Shown one piece after another: positions 40,087 to 51,449 of a stretch of DNA of 64,000 nt. Under the pieces are notes generated by a model. It worked only from the letters and a program-made list of their open reading frames with translations. It was not told the DNA's origin and did not search any database. Made by a program: the position numbers and the translations under genes. The stretch comes from Miltoncostaeaceae bacterium (GTDB lineage Bacteria; Actinomycetota; Thermoleophilia; Miltoncostaeales; Miltoncostaeaceae): the NCBI GenBank assembly GCA_963819845.1, contig CAWFXQ010000007.1, positions 55,560 through 119,559 of the forward strand, given 5' to 3'. Within the stretch, counting starts at the first letter, position 1. Each line of letters opens with the position of its first letter.

Positions 40087-41987
40087 GCCGTGCCCCCCTC
40101 ACATGGCGTCCGCGCGCGCTCGCGCACCGGGCGGCCCAGGTGGCGGTCGACGTCGGCCTGGTCGCCGCCGCCTACTGGCTGTCCTTCTACTTCCGCTTCG
40201 ACGGCGACGTGCCGGGGCGGTACGAGAAGCTCTTCGCCGGGACCGTCCTGATCGTCATCGGCGTGAAGCTCGTCGTCTTCGTGGCGATGCGCTTCTACAC
40301 CAAGTGGTGGCGCTTCACGAGCCTGCGCGACCTCCAGGCCATCCTCCTGGCCGTCGCCGCGTCCAGCCTGATCCTGGCCGCCCTGCTGTTGACGTGGCGG
40401 CCGGACGACCTCGTGCCCGTGCCCCGCGGCGTGCTCGCCTTCGACCTCCTGCTGACCCTCGTCCTGGTGGGCGGCGCCCGCTTCGTCGTGCGCAGCGTGA
40501 TCGAGCGGCCGCCGCGCTCGGAGCTGGTGAGCAGCGGCAAGGAGGTCCTGATCTGCGGCGCCGGCGACGCGGGCAACACGCTGCTGCGGGAGATGAAGCG
40601 CAACCGGTCGCTGGGCTACACCCCGGTCGGGCTGATCGACGACGACCCGCGCAAACGCCGCCTGCGCGTGCAGGGCACGCGCGTGCGCGGCACCCGGGCC
40701 GACCTGCCCAGGATCCTGCGCGAGATCGAGGTGGACGAGGTGATCATCGCGATGCCGTCCGCGCCGGGGCGCGCGCGCGAGGAGATCGTGCAGGCCTGCC
40801 GCGCCGCCGGCGTCCCGTGCACCACGCTGCCGGGCCTGCCGGAGCTGATCAGCGGCGAGGTGCGGGTGAGCCTGCTGCGCGAGGTGCGCGTGGAGGACGT
40901 GCTGGGCCGTGCCCCGATCGAGGTCGACTTCGCCCGCGTCGCCCGCTACCTCAACGGGCGCGCGGTGCTGGTCACCGGCGCCGGCGGCTCCATCGGCCGC
41001 GAGTTGTGCCGCCAGGTGTCCGCCACCGGCGCGCGGCGCCTGGTGATGGTGGACCACTCCGAGAACAACCTCTTCGAGATCGACATGGAGCTGCGCGACC
41101 GCGGCCACGCGGGCCCGCTCGTGCCCGTGATCGCCGACTGCAGGGACGCGGCGGCCATGGAGCGCGTCTTCGCCGCCGAGCGCCCGGAGATCGTGTTCCA
41201 CGCCGCGGCCTACAAGCACGTCCCCATGATGGAGCTCAACCCCGTGCAGGCCATCGCCAACAACGCGCTGGCCACCGCCGTGCTGGCCGGCCTGGCCGAG
41301 CGCTTCGAGGTCCACCGGTTCTGCCTGATCTCCACCGACAAGGCCGTGGAGCCCAAGACCGTCATGGGGGCCTCGAAGGCCCTGGCCGAGAGGGTCGTCG
41401 AGGCGCATGGCGCCTCGGGCACGCGCTTCGCGGCGGTGCGCTTCGGCAACGTGCTGGGCAGCTCGGGCTCGGTGCTGCCCATCTTCCGCCGCCAGATCGC
41501 CGAGGGCGGCCCGGTGACGGTGACCCACCCCGAGATGACGCGCTTCTTCATGACGATCCCGGAGGCCGTGCAGCTCGTGATCGAGGCCACCGGCATCGCC
41601 GACGGAGGCGACATCTTCGTCCTCGACATGGGCGAGCCGGTCCGGATCATGGACCTCGCCCGCCGCACGATCGAGCTGAGCGGCCAGGACGTCGCGATCG
41701 AGGTCGTGGGCATCCGGCCCGGCGAGAAGCTCCACGAGGAGCTGTTCAACGTGGACGAGGAGGTGCGCCCGACCCGCTACGGCAAGATCATGCGCGCCAC
41801 CCGGCCGCCGCTGGATCCCTCCACCCTCCACGACGGCCTCGACGAGATCGCCCGCCGCGTCGCGGCCGGGCCCCCCGAGCCGGTCGCCCAGGCCCTCTGG
41901 GCCACGCTCCGAGGCGCAAGGATCGCCGCGTCGGATGGCGAAACCAGGATGGCACCCCCGACCACCCACCCCTGGGAGAGCTCATGA
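40083..41987 (+). CDS. Membrane-anchored CapD/PglF/WbpM-type nucleotide-sugar 4,6-dehydratase
   Basis: N-terminal transmembrane segments and two Rossmann motifs (ICGAGDAG and VTGAGGSIG). Also STDKAVEPKTVMGASK and FMTIPEAVQLV. Confidence 0.9.
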   Translation: MSRAPLTWRPRALAHRAAQVAVDVGLVAAAYWLSFYFRFDGDVPGRYEKLFAGTVLIVIGVKLVVFVAMRFYTKWWRFTSLRDLQAILLAVAASSLILAALLLTWRPDDLVPVPRGVLAFDLLLTLVLVGGARFVVRSVIERPPRSELVSSGKEVLICGAGDAGNTLLREMKRNRSLGYTPVGLIDDDPRKRRLRVQGTRVRGTRADLPRILREIEVDEVIIAMPSAPGRAREEIVQACRAAGVPCTTLPGLPELISGEVRVSLLREVRVEDVLGRAPIEVDFARVARYLNGRAVLVTGAGGSIGRELCRQVSATGARRLVMVDHSENNLFEIDMELRDRGHAGPLVPVIADCRDAAAMERVFAAERPEIVFHAAAYKHVPMMELNPVQAIANNALATAVLAGLAERFEVHRFCLISTDKAVEPKTVMGASKALAERVVEAHGASGTRFAAVRFGNVLGSSGSVLPIFRRQIAEGGPVTVTHPEMTRFFMTIPEAVQLVIEATGIADGGDIFVLDMGEPVRIMDLARRTIELSGQDVAIEVVGIRPGEKLHEELFNVDEEVRPTRYGKIMRATRPPLDPSTLHDGLDEIARRVAAGPPEPVAQALWATLRGARIAASDGETRMAPPTTHPWESS

Positions 41988-42178
41988 CCGTCATCGACCG
42001 CACGACGACCGGCCTCCCGCCCGGGACGACCGCCGTCGCGCCGTGGGGACTGCTCTCCCGCGTCAACCGCCCGTGCCCCGAGCACGGCGGCGAGTGCCCC
42101 TGCGTCGCCCGCCGCGAGGACGAGTCCTGCCTCGTCTTCTGGTGCGAGGCCGCGGGGCACCACTTCACCACGAGGTAG
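41984..42178 (+). CDS. Small Cys/His-rich protein (64 aa, zinc-ribbon-like)
   Basis: ATG overlaps the capD-like stop (ATGA). Sequence ...CPEHGGECPC...CLVFWCEAAGHH. Confidence 0.5.
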   Translation: MTVIDRTTTGLPPGTTAVAPWGLLSRVNRPCPEHGGECPCVARREDESCLVFWCEAAGHHFTTR

Positions 42179-42204
42179 CGCCGGCGCGGCGGGCGGCCGC
42201 GGCC

Positions 42205-42615
42205 TCAGCCCGGGTCGGTGAAGGGCAGCTTGGTGTGGCGGGCCTCGTCGGCCTCGACCACGTAGACGACGGTCGCCTCGCCGCGCATCGGGAAGGGGTC
42301 GCCGGTGTACTTGCGGGCGATCCGGTCGGCCAGGATCAGGGCGGCGCCGCCGTCGATGCGCTCGACGACCCGGCCGCGCAGGTCGGCCTGGCGGTAGGGG
42401 TCGTCGCGGTGGGCGATCGAGAGGGCCACGCGCGGGTCGCGCTCGATGTCGCGCGACTTCCGGCTCCCGAGCTGCGTGACGAAGATGACGCGGTCCTCCT
42501 CGACGTTGACCCAGACCGGTCGCGCCGACGGCGACCCGTCGGCCTCGAGGGTGGCCAGGTGGGCGAAGTTGCGCTCGCCGATGAGGTCGGCGACCTGGGG
42601 CGGGAGCTCGGCCAC
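42205..42615 (-). CDS. Pyridoxamine 5'-phosphate oxidase-family (PPOX/F420-type) protein
   Basis: NFAHLATLEADGSPSARPVWV...VIFVT...RKSRDIERDPRVALSI. Confidence 0.85.
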   Translation of the reverse strand: MAELPPQVADLIGERNFAHLATLEADGSPSARPVWVNVEEDRVIFVTQLGSRKSRDIERDPRVALSIAHRDDPYRQADLRGRVVERIDGGAALILADRIARKYTGDPFPMRGEATVVYVVEADEARHTKLPFTDPG

Positions 42616-42619
42616 GGCC

Positions 42620-42967
42620 TCAGACCACCCGGGGTCCCGTCTCGGGGGCCTCGTCCCAGTCCTCGACCCACGCCTCGATCTCCCTGACGACCCGCGAGAG
42701 CGCCTCCCCCTTCTCGGTGAGACGGTACTCCACCACCCCGCCGCGGCGCTCGCGCCGCTCCATGAGGCCGGCGGCCTCGAGCTCGCGCAGGCGCTCGGCC
42801 AGCAGGCGCGCCGAGAGCCCGTTGACCGAGCCGCGGATCTCGGTGAAGCGCGCCGGCCCCTCCATGGTCGCCCGGATCACCGCGGCGCTCCAGCGCCGGC
42901 CGAGCAGCTCGGCCGCGCGCTGGTAGCGCGTGCACACGGGGGGGCGCGAACGGCAGCGGTCCATCAT
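42620..42967 (-). CDS. HxlR-family transcriptional regulator
   Basis: C..YQRAAELLGRRWSAAVIRATMEGPARFTEIRGSVNGLSARLLAERLRELEAAGLMER...YRLTEKG. Confidence 0.85.
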   Translation of the reverse strand: MMDRCRSRPPVCTRYQRAAELLGRRWSAAVIRATMEGPARFTEIRGSVNGLSARLLAERLRELEAAGLMERRERRGGVVEYRLTEKGEALSRVVREIEAWVEDWDEAPETGPRVV

Positions 42968-42975
42968 CGTGAAAC

Positions 42976-45321
<2,346 letters not shown>

Positions 45322-45345
45322 TGCGCTCTCCTGCCGCTCGTGAAC

Positions 45346-45387
45346 GGTTACCTGCCGTAACCAGGCCGAAGGTTACCTCGCGTAACC
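45346..45387. promoter_or_regulatory. Two tandem inverted repeats GGTTAC-N5-GTAACC in the lon upstream/5' leader region
   Basis: IR1 is 45346-45362 (spacer CTGCC) and IR2 is 45371-45387 (spacer CTCGC), 25 bp centre to centre. IR1 lies 25 nt upstream of the lon start codon (45321), just beyond its AGGAGA ribosome-binding site. Confidence 0.4.
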
Positions 45388-45429
45388 GCCGCCGGCAAGG
45401 GCCGCTCGCCTGTGTGCGAGGCTCCCCCG

Positions 45430-46452
45430 ATGATCCGCACGGTGATCGTCGGCGGCGGGATGGTGGGTCTGACGCTGGCCGGCCTGCTGAGGGCCCGGGG
45501 CCACGACCCCGTGGTGCTGGAGCGGGCGCCGGCCGGCGCCCACGGGCCGCGGGGCTTCATGCTCGGCTACCAGGGCTACGACGCCTTCGCGGAGCTCGGC
45601 GTCCTCGACCGCCTTCGCGCGGCCGGACGCGACGTGGGGGTGGGGCCGAACGGCGTCCCCATCGGGATCGCGGTTGACTACCGCATCGTGATGCGTACCG
45701 TGGCCGAGGGCGTCCCGGTCGCCCACGGCGAGTCGGTGGTCGACCTCCTGCGCGACGGCGACCGCGTCGTCGGGGTCGTCACCGAGGGCCCGGGCGGCCG
45801 CGCGCGCGTCGAGGCGGACCTCGTGGTGGCGTGCGACGGGCGCGGCTCGGCGGTGCGGGAGATGGCGGGCATCGAGGCGCAGCTCTCGCCCCTCAACGAC
45901 GCCTATCTGTCCTTCCTCAGCCCCGTGGCGCCGGAGCAGCTCTTCGGCTTCCGCTACCTCTCCGACGGCGGGATGATCACGATGCTCGGCTGGCCGGAGG
46001 GCTCGAGCGGCTCGAGGCGCGTCGACAAGGTGGGCGAGGAGGCGGTCAAGGCGCCGCCCCTCGGCCGCTTCACGCGCACCTTCGCCGAGCTGCTGCCGGA
46101 GGCGCGGGAGATCGTCTCGGGCGTGACCTCCTGGGCCCAGGTGCGCTACGTCGAGCCCCGCCTGCTGCGCTGCACGCGCTGGTGGGTGCCCGGGGTGGTC
46201 GTGATCGGCGACTCCGCCCACACCTTCGGGCCGGACACCGGCGTGGGCGCCGGCATCGGACTGCAGGACGCCCACGCCCTGACCGAGGCGATCGTCCGGG
46301 CGGACGAGGCCGACGCCGCCTGCGAGAGCTACGTCGCCTGGCGCGAGCCCGCCGTGCGGCCCTACGAGGCCATGGACCCGGCCTGGCAGCGGATGGCGGA
46401 GATCCCCCCGGCGATCCCCGCGGAGGCCTGGCCGCCCCGCGACCGCGGTTAG
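45430..46452 (+). CDS. FAD-dependent monooxygenase (aromatic-ring hydroxylase-like)
   Basis: MIRTVIVGGGMVGLTLAGLL (GxGxxG), DLVVACDGRGS, VVIGDSAH...P..G.G. Confidence 0.85.
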   Translation: MIRTVIVGGGMVGLTLAGLLRARGHDPVVLERAPAGAHGPRGFMLGYQGYDAFAELGVLDRLRAAGRDVGVGPNGVPIGIAVDYRIVMRTVAEGVPVAHGESVVDLLRDGDRVVGVVTEGPGGRARVEADLVVACDGRGSAVREMAGIEAQLSPLNDAYLSFLSPVAPEQLFGFRYLSDGGMITMLGWPEGSSGSRRVDKVGEEAVKAPPLGRFTRTFAELLPEAREIVSGVTSWAQVRYVEPRLLRCTRWWVPGVVVIGDSAHTFGPDTGVGAGIGLQDAHALTEAIVRADEADAACESYVAWREPAVRPYEAMDPAWQRMAEIPPAIPAEAWPPRDRG

Positions 46453-46464
46453 ACTCGGGGCGCC

Positions 46465-47373
46465 GTGGACCTCCGCCACCTCGTGACGCTCCGCACGGTG
46501 GTCGACAAGGGCTCCTTCTCGCAGGCCGCGGAGGAGCTCGAGATCTCCCAGCCCGCCGTGTCGTTCCAGATCCGGGCCCTCGAGGAGCGCCTGGGCCACC
46601 GCCTGCTCGACCGCAGCGGCCGGCGCGTGACGGTGACCGAGGCCGGCGAGGTGGTCTACCGGTACGCCAAGCGCATGATCGGCCTGGAGGCCGAGCTCGA
46701 GCGCGAGTTGGGGGAGATCGGCACGCGCGTCTCCGGCCGCTTGGTGCTGGGGTCGTCGACCGGCCCCGGTGAGCTGCTGCTGCCGCGCCTGCTCGGCGCC
46801 TTCCACGAGGCCTACCCCGACGTGCGCGTGAGCCTGATGGTGAGCGACACCCAGACCGTGTGCGAGCGGGTGCTCGACGACGAGCTCGAGCTGGGCGTCG
46901 TCGGCGCGGCCCGCGCCCAGCGGGGCCTGGTGTTCGAGCCCTTCCTGCGCGACGAGCTGGTCGTCATCGTGCCCCCCGGGCACCGCCTGGCGGGGCACGA
47001 GGCCGTCACCCTGGAGGAGCTCGCGGCCGAGCCGATGCTCCTGCAGCAGGAGGGCAGCGGCGTGCGCTCGGTCGTGGAGGCGGCCATGCGCGAGGGCGGG
47101 CTGCGCGACCGCGACCTTCACGTCGCCATGGAGCTGGGGCTGCAGCAGTCGGTGAAGGCGGCCGTGCTGGACGGCTTCGGCATCACCGTCATCTCGCGCC
47201 TGGCCGTCGAGCGCGAGGCGGACGAGGGCAGCCTGGTCGCGCTGCGCCTGGAGGGCCCCGGGCTCGAGCGGCACTTCTTCTCGGTGCGCCACGCGGGGAG
47301 GACGCCGAAGCGCGTCACCTCCACCTTCCTCGAGTTCGCGCGGGCCGAGCTGGGCGAGATCGCGGCCGCATAA
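46465..47373 (+). CDS. LysR-family transcriptional regulator
   Basis: N-terminal HTH LRHLVTLRTVVDKGSFSQAAEELEISQPAVSFQIRALEERLG, followed by the LysR substrate-binding domain. Confidence 0.9.
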   Translation: MDLRHLVTLRTVVDKGSFSQAAEELEISQPAVSFQIRALEERLGHRLLDRSGRRVTVTEAGEVVYRYAKRMIGLEAELERELGEIGTRVSGRLVLGSSTGPGELLLPRLLGAFHEAYPDVRVSLMVSDTQTVCERVLDDELELGVVGAARAQRGLVFEPFLRDELVVIVPPGHRLAGHEAVTLEELAAEPMLLQQEGSGVRSVVEAAMREGGLRDRDLHVAMELGLQQSVKAAVLDGFGITVISRLAVEREADEGSLVALRLEGPGLERHFFSVRHAGRTPKRVTSTFLEFARAELGEIAAA

Positions 47374-47419
47374 GCTGCCCTTATTGGAAGCATCGCGACC
47401 AGTCGGCTACGCTCGCCGC

Positions 47420-48646
47420 GTGTCGAGGTCCAGCGACGCGCGCGCCGACGTGCTCGTGGTCGGGTCGGGTGGCGCCGGGATGTCGGCTGCCCTGGCCGCC
47501 CGCGCCGCGGGCGCGTCCGTGGTCGTGGCGACGAAGTCGGCCCTCGGGGCCGGCAACACCGGCCGTGCCCAGGGCGGCATCCAGGCCGCGATCGGCGAGG
47601 ACGACTCGCCCGGGTCGCACTTCGAGGACACCTTCGCCGCCGGGCACCGGGCCGCGCGGCCGGAGCTCGTGCGCGGCCTCACCGGCGGCGGCCCCGACGC
47701 GATCGCCTGGCTCGAATCGCTCGGCGTGGGATTCAGCCGCGACGAGGGCCGCCTGCGGCTGCTCCGCTGCGGCGGCGCCACGCGCAAGCGCCTTCTCCAG
47801 GCCGGCGAGCGGACCGGCGCCGAGATGGTCAAGGCGCTGCGCGCCGCGGTCCGGGCCAGTGGGGCGGAGGTGCGCGAGGCGACGGCGCTCGCGGCCCTCG
47901 AGCCGCGGGGGGACGGCTGGGTCGCGACGCTCGCGCCGGGCGGCAACGGCGAGCGCGCGGAGATCCTGGCCGGCGCCGTCGTGCTGGCCGCCGGCGGCGG
48001 CCTGCGCGGCGAGGCCGACGCGCTGGGCGTGGGCAGCACCAACCACCCCGACGCCACCCCGGAGGTGCTGCGCATGGCGTTGCAGCTGGGCGCCGAGGGG
48101 CGCGAGGTCGACTCGTGGCAGCGCCACCCGACGGGGTCGGTCTGGCCGGAGGCGCTCTCGGGCTACGCCCTGCCGGAGACCACGCGCGGCTACGGGGCGA
48201 CCCTCCATGACGCCGACGGCGAGCGGTTCGTCGACGAGCTGGCCCCGCGCGACGTCGTGGCCCAGGGGATCATCGACGCGGTCGACGCGGGGCGCGGGGC
48301 CGCCACCCCGGATGGCCGCGTCGGCGTCTGGCTCGACACCCCGGCGATCGACCGCGAGAACGGCGACGGCTTCACGGCCGACCGGCTCGCCTACGTCCAC
48401 AAGCGCTACCTGAAGGCGGGCGTGGACATCACCCGCGAGCGCGTGCTCGTCTACCCGGTGCTCCACTACCGCAACGGCGGGCTGGCGATCGACGAGCGCG
48501 CGGCCACCACCCTGCCGGGCCTGTTCGCCGCGGGCGAGATCGCCGGAGGGGTCCACGGCTCGAACCGCCTCATGGGCAACTCGCTGCTCGACACCGTCGT
48601 GTACGGCCGGCGGGCCGGGGCGTCGGCGGCGGAGGCCGGCCGATGA
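47420..48646 (+). CDS. FAD-binding oxidoreductase of the fumarate reductase / succinate dehydrogenase / L-aspartate oxidase flavoprotein family (short form)
   Basis: [29 protein letters not shown]-terminal [23 protein letters not shown]. It lacks the long C-terminal helical domain. GTG 47420 is chosen as the start. Confidence 0.8.
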   Translation: MSRSSDARADVLVVGSGGAGMSAALAARAAGASVVVATKSALGAGNTGRAQGGIQAAIGEDDSPGSHFEDTFAAGHRAARPELVRGLTGGGPDAIAWLESLGVGFSRDEGRLRLLRCGGATRKRLLQAGERTGAEMVKALRAAVRASGAEVREATALAALEPRGDGWVATLAPGGNGERAEILAGAVVLAAGGGLRGEADALGVGSTNHPDATPEVLRMALQLGAEGREVDSWQRHPTGSVWPEALSGYALPETTRGYGATLHDADGERFVDELAPRDVVAQGIIDAVDAGRGAATPDGRVGVWLDTPAIDRENGDGFTADRLAYVHKRYLKAGVDITRERVLVYPVLHYRNGGLAIDERAATTLPGLFAAGEIAGGVHGSNRLMGNSLLDTVVYGRRAGASAAEAGR

Positions 48647-49473
48647 GCGTCGAGGCGGGCTCCGTCGGCACCGAGCCGGGCGCCGCGCCCGGCGCGGACT
48701 TCCTGTCACTTCCGGGCCGTCCGCCCAAGCCGCGCCAGGTGGGCATCACACACGTCATCGACAAGGGCCTCAGCCTGCCGGCGCTCGAGGGCGTGCTCGA
48801 GGCGAGCGGCGACTTCATCGACATCGTCAAGCTCGGCTGGGGCACGGCCTACGTGACGCGCAACCTGCGCGACAAGCTGGACCTCTACCGCGACGCCGGG
48901 TTGCCGGTGGTGCTGGGCGGCACCTTCTGGGAGGTCTGCCAGAGCCAGCAGAAGCTCGACGAGTGGCGGCGCTGGGTCACCGACCTGGGGCTGCGGCATG
49001 TGGAGATCTCGGACGGGACGATCACGCTGCCCCACGACGCCAAGCTGGAGCACATCAGCCGGCTGGCGCAGGACTTCGTCGTGCTGAGCGAGGTCGGCTC
49101 CAAGGACCTGGCCACGGTCATCGCGCCGTACCGCTGGGTCGAGATGATCGAGGCCGAGCTTCGCGCGGGCGCCTGGAAGGTCATCACCGAGGCCCGCGAG
49201 ACCGGCACCGCGGGCATCTTCCGCGGCGACGGCGAGGTCCGGATGGGCCTCATCGACGAGATCGTGCACGCCATCGACCCGAACCGCCTGCTCTTCGAGG
49301 CGCCCCAGAAGGCGCAGCAGGTCTGGTTCATCCGCAAATTCGGCCCCAACGTGAACCTGGGGAACATCCCACCGGACGAGGTGATACCGCTGGAGACGCT
49401 ACGGCTCGGCCTCCGCGCCGACACGCTGCTGGACGCGACGACCACCGGCAACATGGACGGAGCGGGGATTTGA
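48643..49473 (+). CDS. comA: Phosphosulfolactate synthase (ComA family)
   Basis: GITHVIDKG...DIVKLGWGT...EISDGT...[25 protein letters not shown] matches the ComA/(2R)-phospho-3-sulfolactate synthase family. ATG overlaps the upstream stop. Confidence 0.8.
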   Translation: MSVEAGSVGTEPGAAPGADFLSLPGRPPKPRQVGITHVIDKGLSLPALEGVLEASGDFIDIVKLGWGTAYVTRNLRDKLDLYRDAGLPVVLGGTFWEVCQSQQKLDEWRRWVTDLGLRHVEISDGTITLPHDAKLEHISRLAQDFVVLSEVGSKDLATVIAPYRWVEMIEAELRAGAWKVITEARETGTAGIFRGDGEVRMGLIDEIVHAIDPNRLLFEAPQKAQQVWFIRKFGPNVNLGNIPPDEVIPLETLRLGLRADTLLDATTTGNMDGAGI

Positions 49474-50633
49474 GCGCCGCCACGCCCGGGCCCATCGCGC
49501 CCCACGGGGGCACGCTCGTCGAGCGGTTCGACGACGCCCTCGACGAGGGCGGCGGGCGCCCCCGGGTCACGCTCACCGCCCGTCAGCAGGCCGACCTCGA
49601 CCTGATCGCCGTCGGCGCCCTGTCGCCGCTCGACGGCTTCATGGGCCGCGAGGCCTACGAGACCGTGGTCGAGGACATGCGTCTGCCGAACGGCCTCGCC
49701 TGGTCGGTGCCGGTGACGCTCGGCGTGAGCCCCGAGGAGCTCGAGGGCGTCGGATCGTCCGACGAGGTCGCGCTGGTCGACGACGGCGGGCGGTTCCTCG
49801 GGATCCTCGAGGTGACCGACCGCTACGAGACCGACCCGCGCCGCGAGGCCCGGCTCGTCTACGGGACCGAGGACGACGCGCACCCCGGGGTCGCCTCGCT
49901 CTACGCCCACGGCACCACGGCGCTCGCCGGGCCCGTGCGGGTGGCGTCGCGGATGCCGATCGACCCCGCGGCCCAGTCCTTCCTGCTCGACCCGCGCGCG
50001 TCGCGGGCCGAGTTCGACGCGCGCGGCTGGCGCAGCGTGGTGGGGTTCCAGACGCGCAACCCGATCCACCGGGCGCACGAGTACATCACCAAGGTGGCGC
50101 TGGAGACGGTCGACGGCCTGTTCCTCCACCCGCTGGTGGGCGAGACCAAGAGCGACGACATCCCCGCCGACGTGCGGATGCGCTGCTACGAGGTGCTGAT
50201 CGAGGGCTACTACCCGCAGGAGCGGGTGGTCCTGGGCGTGCTGCCGGCGGCCATGCGCTACGCGGGGCCCCGCGAGGCGGTGCTCCACGCGATCCTGCGC
50301 CAGAACTACGGCTGCACCCACTTCATCGTCGGCCGCGACCACGCCGGCGTGGGCGACTACTACGGCACCTACGACGCCCACCGCATCTTCGACGAGGTCA
50401 CCCGCGACGAGCTGGCGATCCAGCCGCTCTTCTTCGAGCACTCGTTCTGGTGCAACCTCACCGGCGGCATGGCGACCACCAAGACGTCGCCGGCCGGGCC
50501 CGAGGACCGCGTCTTCCTCTCGGGCACGAAGGTCCGCGAGATGCTCGGCCGCGGGGAGATCCCCCCGGTCGAGTTCACCCGCCCCGAGGTCGCCAAGGTT
50601 CTGATCGAGGCGTACTCGGGAACCCCCGCCTAG
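49470..50633 (+). CDS. sat: Sulfate adenylyltransferase (ATP sulfurylase, Sat type)
   Basis: Motifs: [37 protein letters not shown] 49470 overlaps the comA stop (TTGA). Confidence 0.9.
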   Translation: MSAATPGPIAPHGGTLVERFDDALDEGGGRPRVTLTARQQADLDLIAVGALSPLDGFMGREAYETVVEDMRLPNGLAWSVPVTLGVSPEELEGVGSSDEVALVDDGGRFLGILEVTDRYETDPRREARLVYGTEDDAHPGVASLYAHGTTALAGPVRVASRMPIDPAAQSFLLDPRASRAEFDARGWRSVVGFQTRNPIHRAHEYITKVALETVDGLFLHPLVGETKSDDIPADVRMRCYEVLIEGYYPQERVVLGVLPAAMRYAGPREAVLHAILRQNYGCTHFIVGRDHAGVGDYYGTYDAHRIFDEVTRDELAIQPLFFEHSFWCNLTGGMATTKTSPAGPEDRVFLSGTKVREMLGRGEIPPVEFTRPEVAKVLIEAYSGTPA

Positions 50634-50646
50634 CGCCTCGTCCCGA

Positions 50647-50670
50647 CGCCCGCCCATCCGGGGGCGGGCC
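50647..50670 (+). terminator. GC hairpin after sat
   Basis: GCCCGCCC-atccgg-GGGCGGGC, 14 nt after the stop. No T-tract. Confidence 0.35.
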
Positions 50671-50699
50671 GCTCGGGATCGCCCGCCCGGCCGTCCGAT

Positions 50700-50734
50700 G
50701 GCCAATTGGCCATCGCGCGCTCGGCCAATCGGCC
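50700..50734. repeat. Paired palindrome module, copy C1: GGCCAATTGGCC-N11-GGCCAATCGGCC
   Basis: Read directly. The 12-mers are at 50700 and 50723. Confidence 0.9.
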
Positions 50735-50807
50735 GACCGTCCGCCTCGGGGGCCGCCCGCCGCGCCCTCCGCTGCCACGGCCCGGGCAGAGCGGGTGGGC
50801 CGGGGGT

Positions 50808-50842
50808 GGCCATTTGGCCGTCGGGTGGGCGGCCAATCGGTT
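50808..50842. repeat. Paired palindrome module, copy C2 (degenerate): GGCCATTTGGCC-N11-GGCCAATCGGTT
   Basis: Read directly. The 12-mers are at 50808 and 50831, and the second runs into a TTGACA hexamer. Confidence 0.8.
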
Positions 50843-50870
50843 GACAAGCGGCACGCCCTCGTGCTCCTTT

Positions 50871-50898
50871 CGATCCGCGCGGGGGTCGATCCGCGCGG
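50871..50898. repeat. Direct repeat CGATCCGCGCGG x2 (16-bp period)
   Basis: Copies at 50871-50882 and 50887-50898. They lie immediately upstream of ATG 50922. Confidence 0.6.
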
Positions 50899-50921
50899 CC
50901 GATGTGGTGGATCCTCGGGCC

Positions 50922-51449
50922 ATGGCGCGGAGCCTGTACAAGGGGCAGGGACTGGGGAACCGGCCACCGTGTCTGCTCTGCATGGGACCGGGGGAGGGGG
51001 ACCGGGCCGAGCTGCGCCTGCCGTACGGCGTGTCGGTGTGGCTCTGCGCGGCGCACCGGAGCCTCGAGTTCGGGGTCCTGAGGTCGCTTCGGGAGGGAGC
51101 CCCCACCGCCCGGGGTCGACCCCCAGCCACCGCCGGGCGGGTGGCCGGGGCAGGGTCGTGTGGAGGCCCAGGACGACCCTGCCCCGACCTTCGCCGCCCC
51201 CGGACCCTGCACGACCTCGCGTGCCCGACGACTGGGCGGAGGGGTTCCCCGACGACCGCGCCGGACCATCACGTCGGCCCGGACCGGGGGGCGGGGCGGG
51301 TCGTGCAGCGTGCACGTGCAGGGCAGGCACGGCGCGGACCCGGGGTCGCGTGGCGGACGACCTCATGCGCTCTTGGACCCGGCCGGGTCAAGAGGCCGCA
51401 GGTCACCGGAGTGCCGGCCGGCAGCCGGTTGCGAGCAGCCGGTGGCTAG
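50922..51449 (+). CDS. Hypothetical protein with an N-terminal CxxC...CxxH zinc-ribbon-like segment and an R/G/P-rich tail
   Basis: Internal ATG of ORF 50706..51449, with high GC3 throughout. Sequence MARSLYKGQGLGNRPPCLLCMGPGEGDRAELRLPYGVSVWLCAAHRSLEF. No family recognised, and all three frames are open here. Confidence 0.3.
   Translation: MARSLYKGQGLGNRPPCLLCMGPGEGDRAELRLPYGVSVWLCAAHRSLEFGVLRSLREGAPTARGRPPATAGRVAGAGSCGGPGRPCPDLRRPRTLHDLACPTTGRRGSPTTAPDHHVGPDRGAGRVVQRARAGQARRGPGVAWRTTSCALGPGRVKRPQVTGVPAGSRLRAAGG

Noticed and set aside
50841-50869. Promoter from the TTGACA hexamer that abuts palindrome module C2
   Set aside because: No acceptable -10 (TAnnnT) lies at 16-19 nt spacing, so a lone -35 match is not enough.
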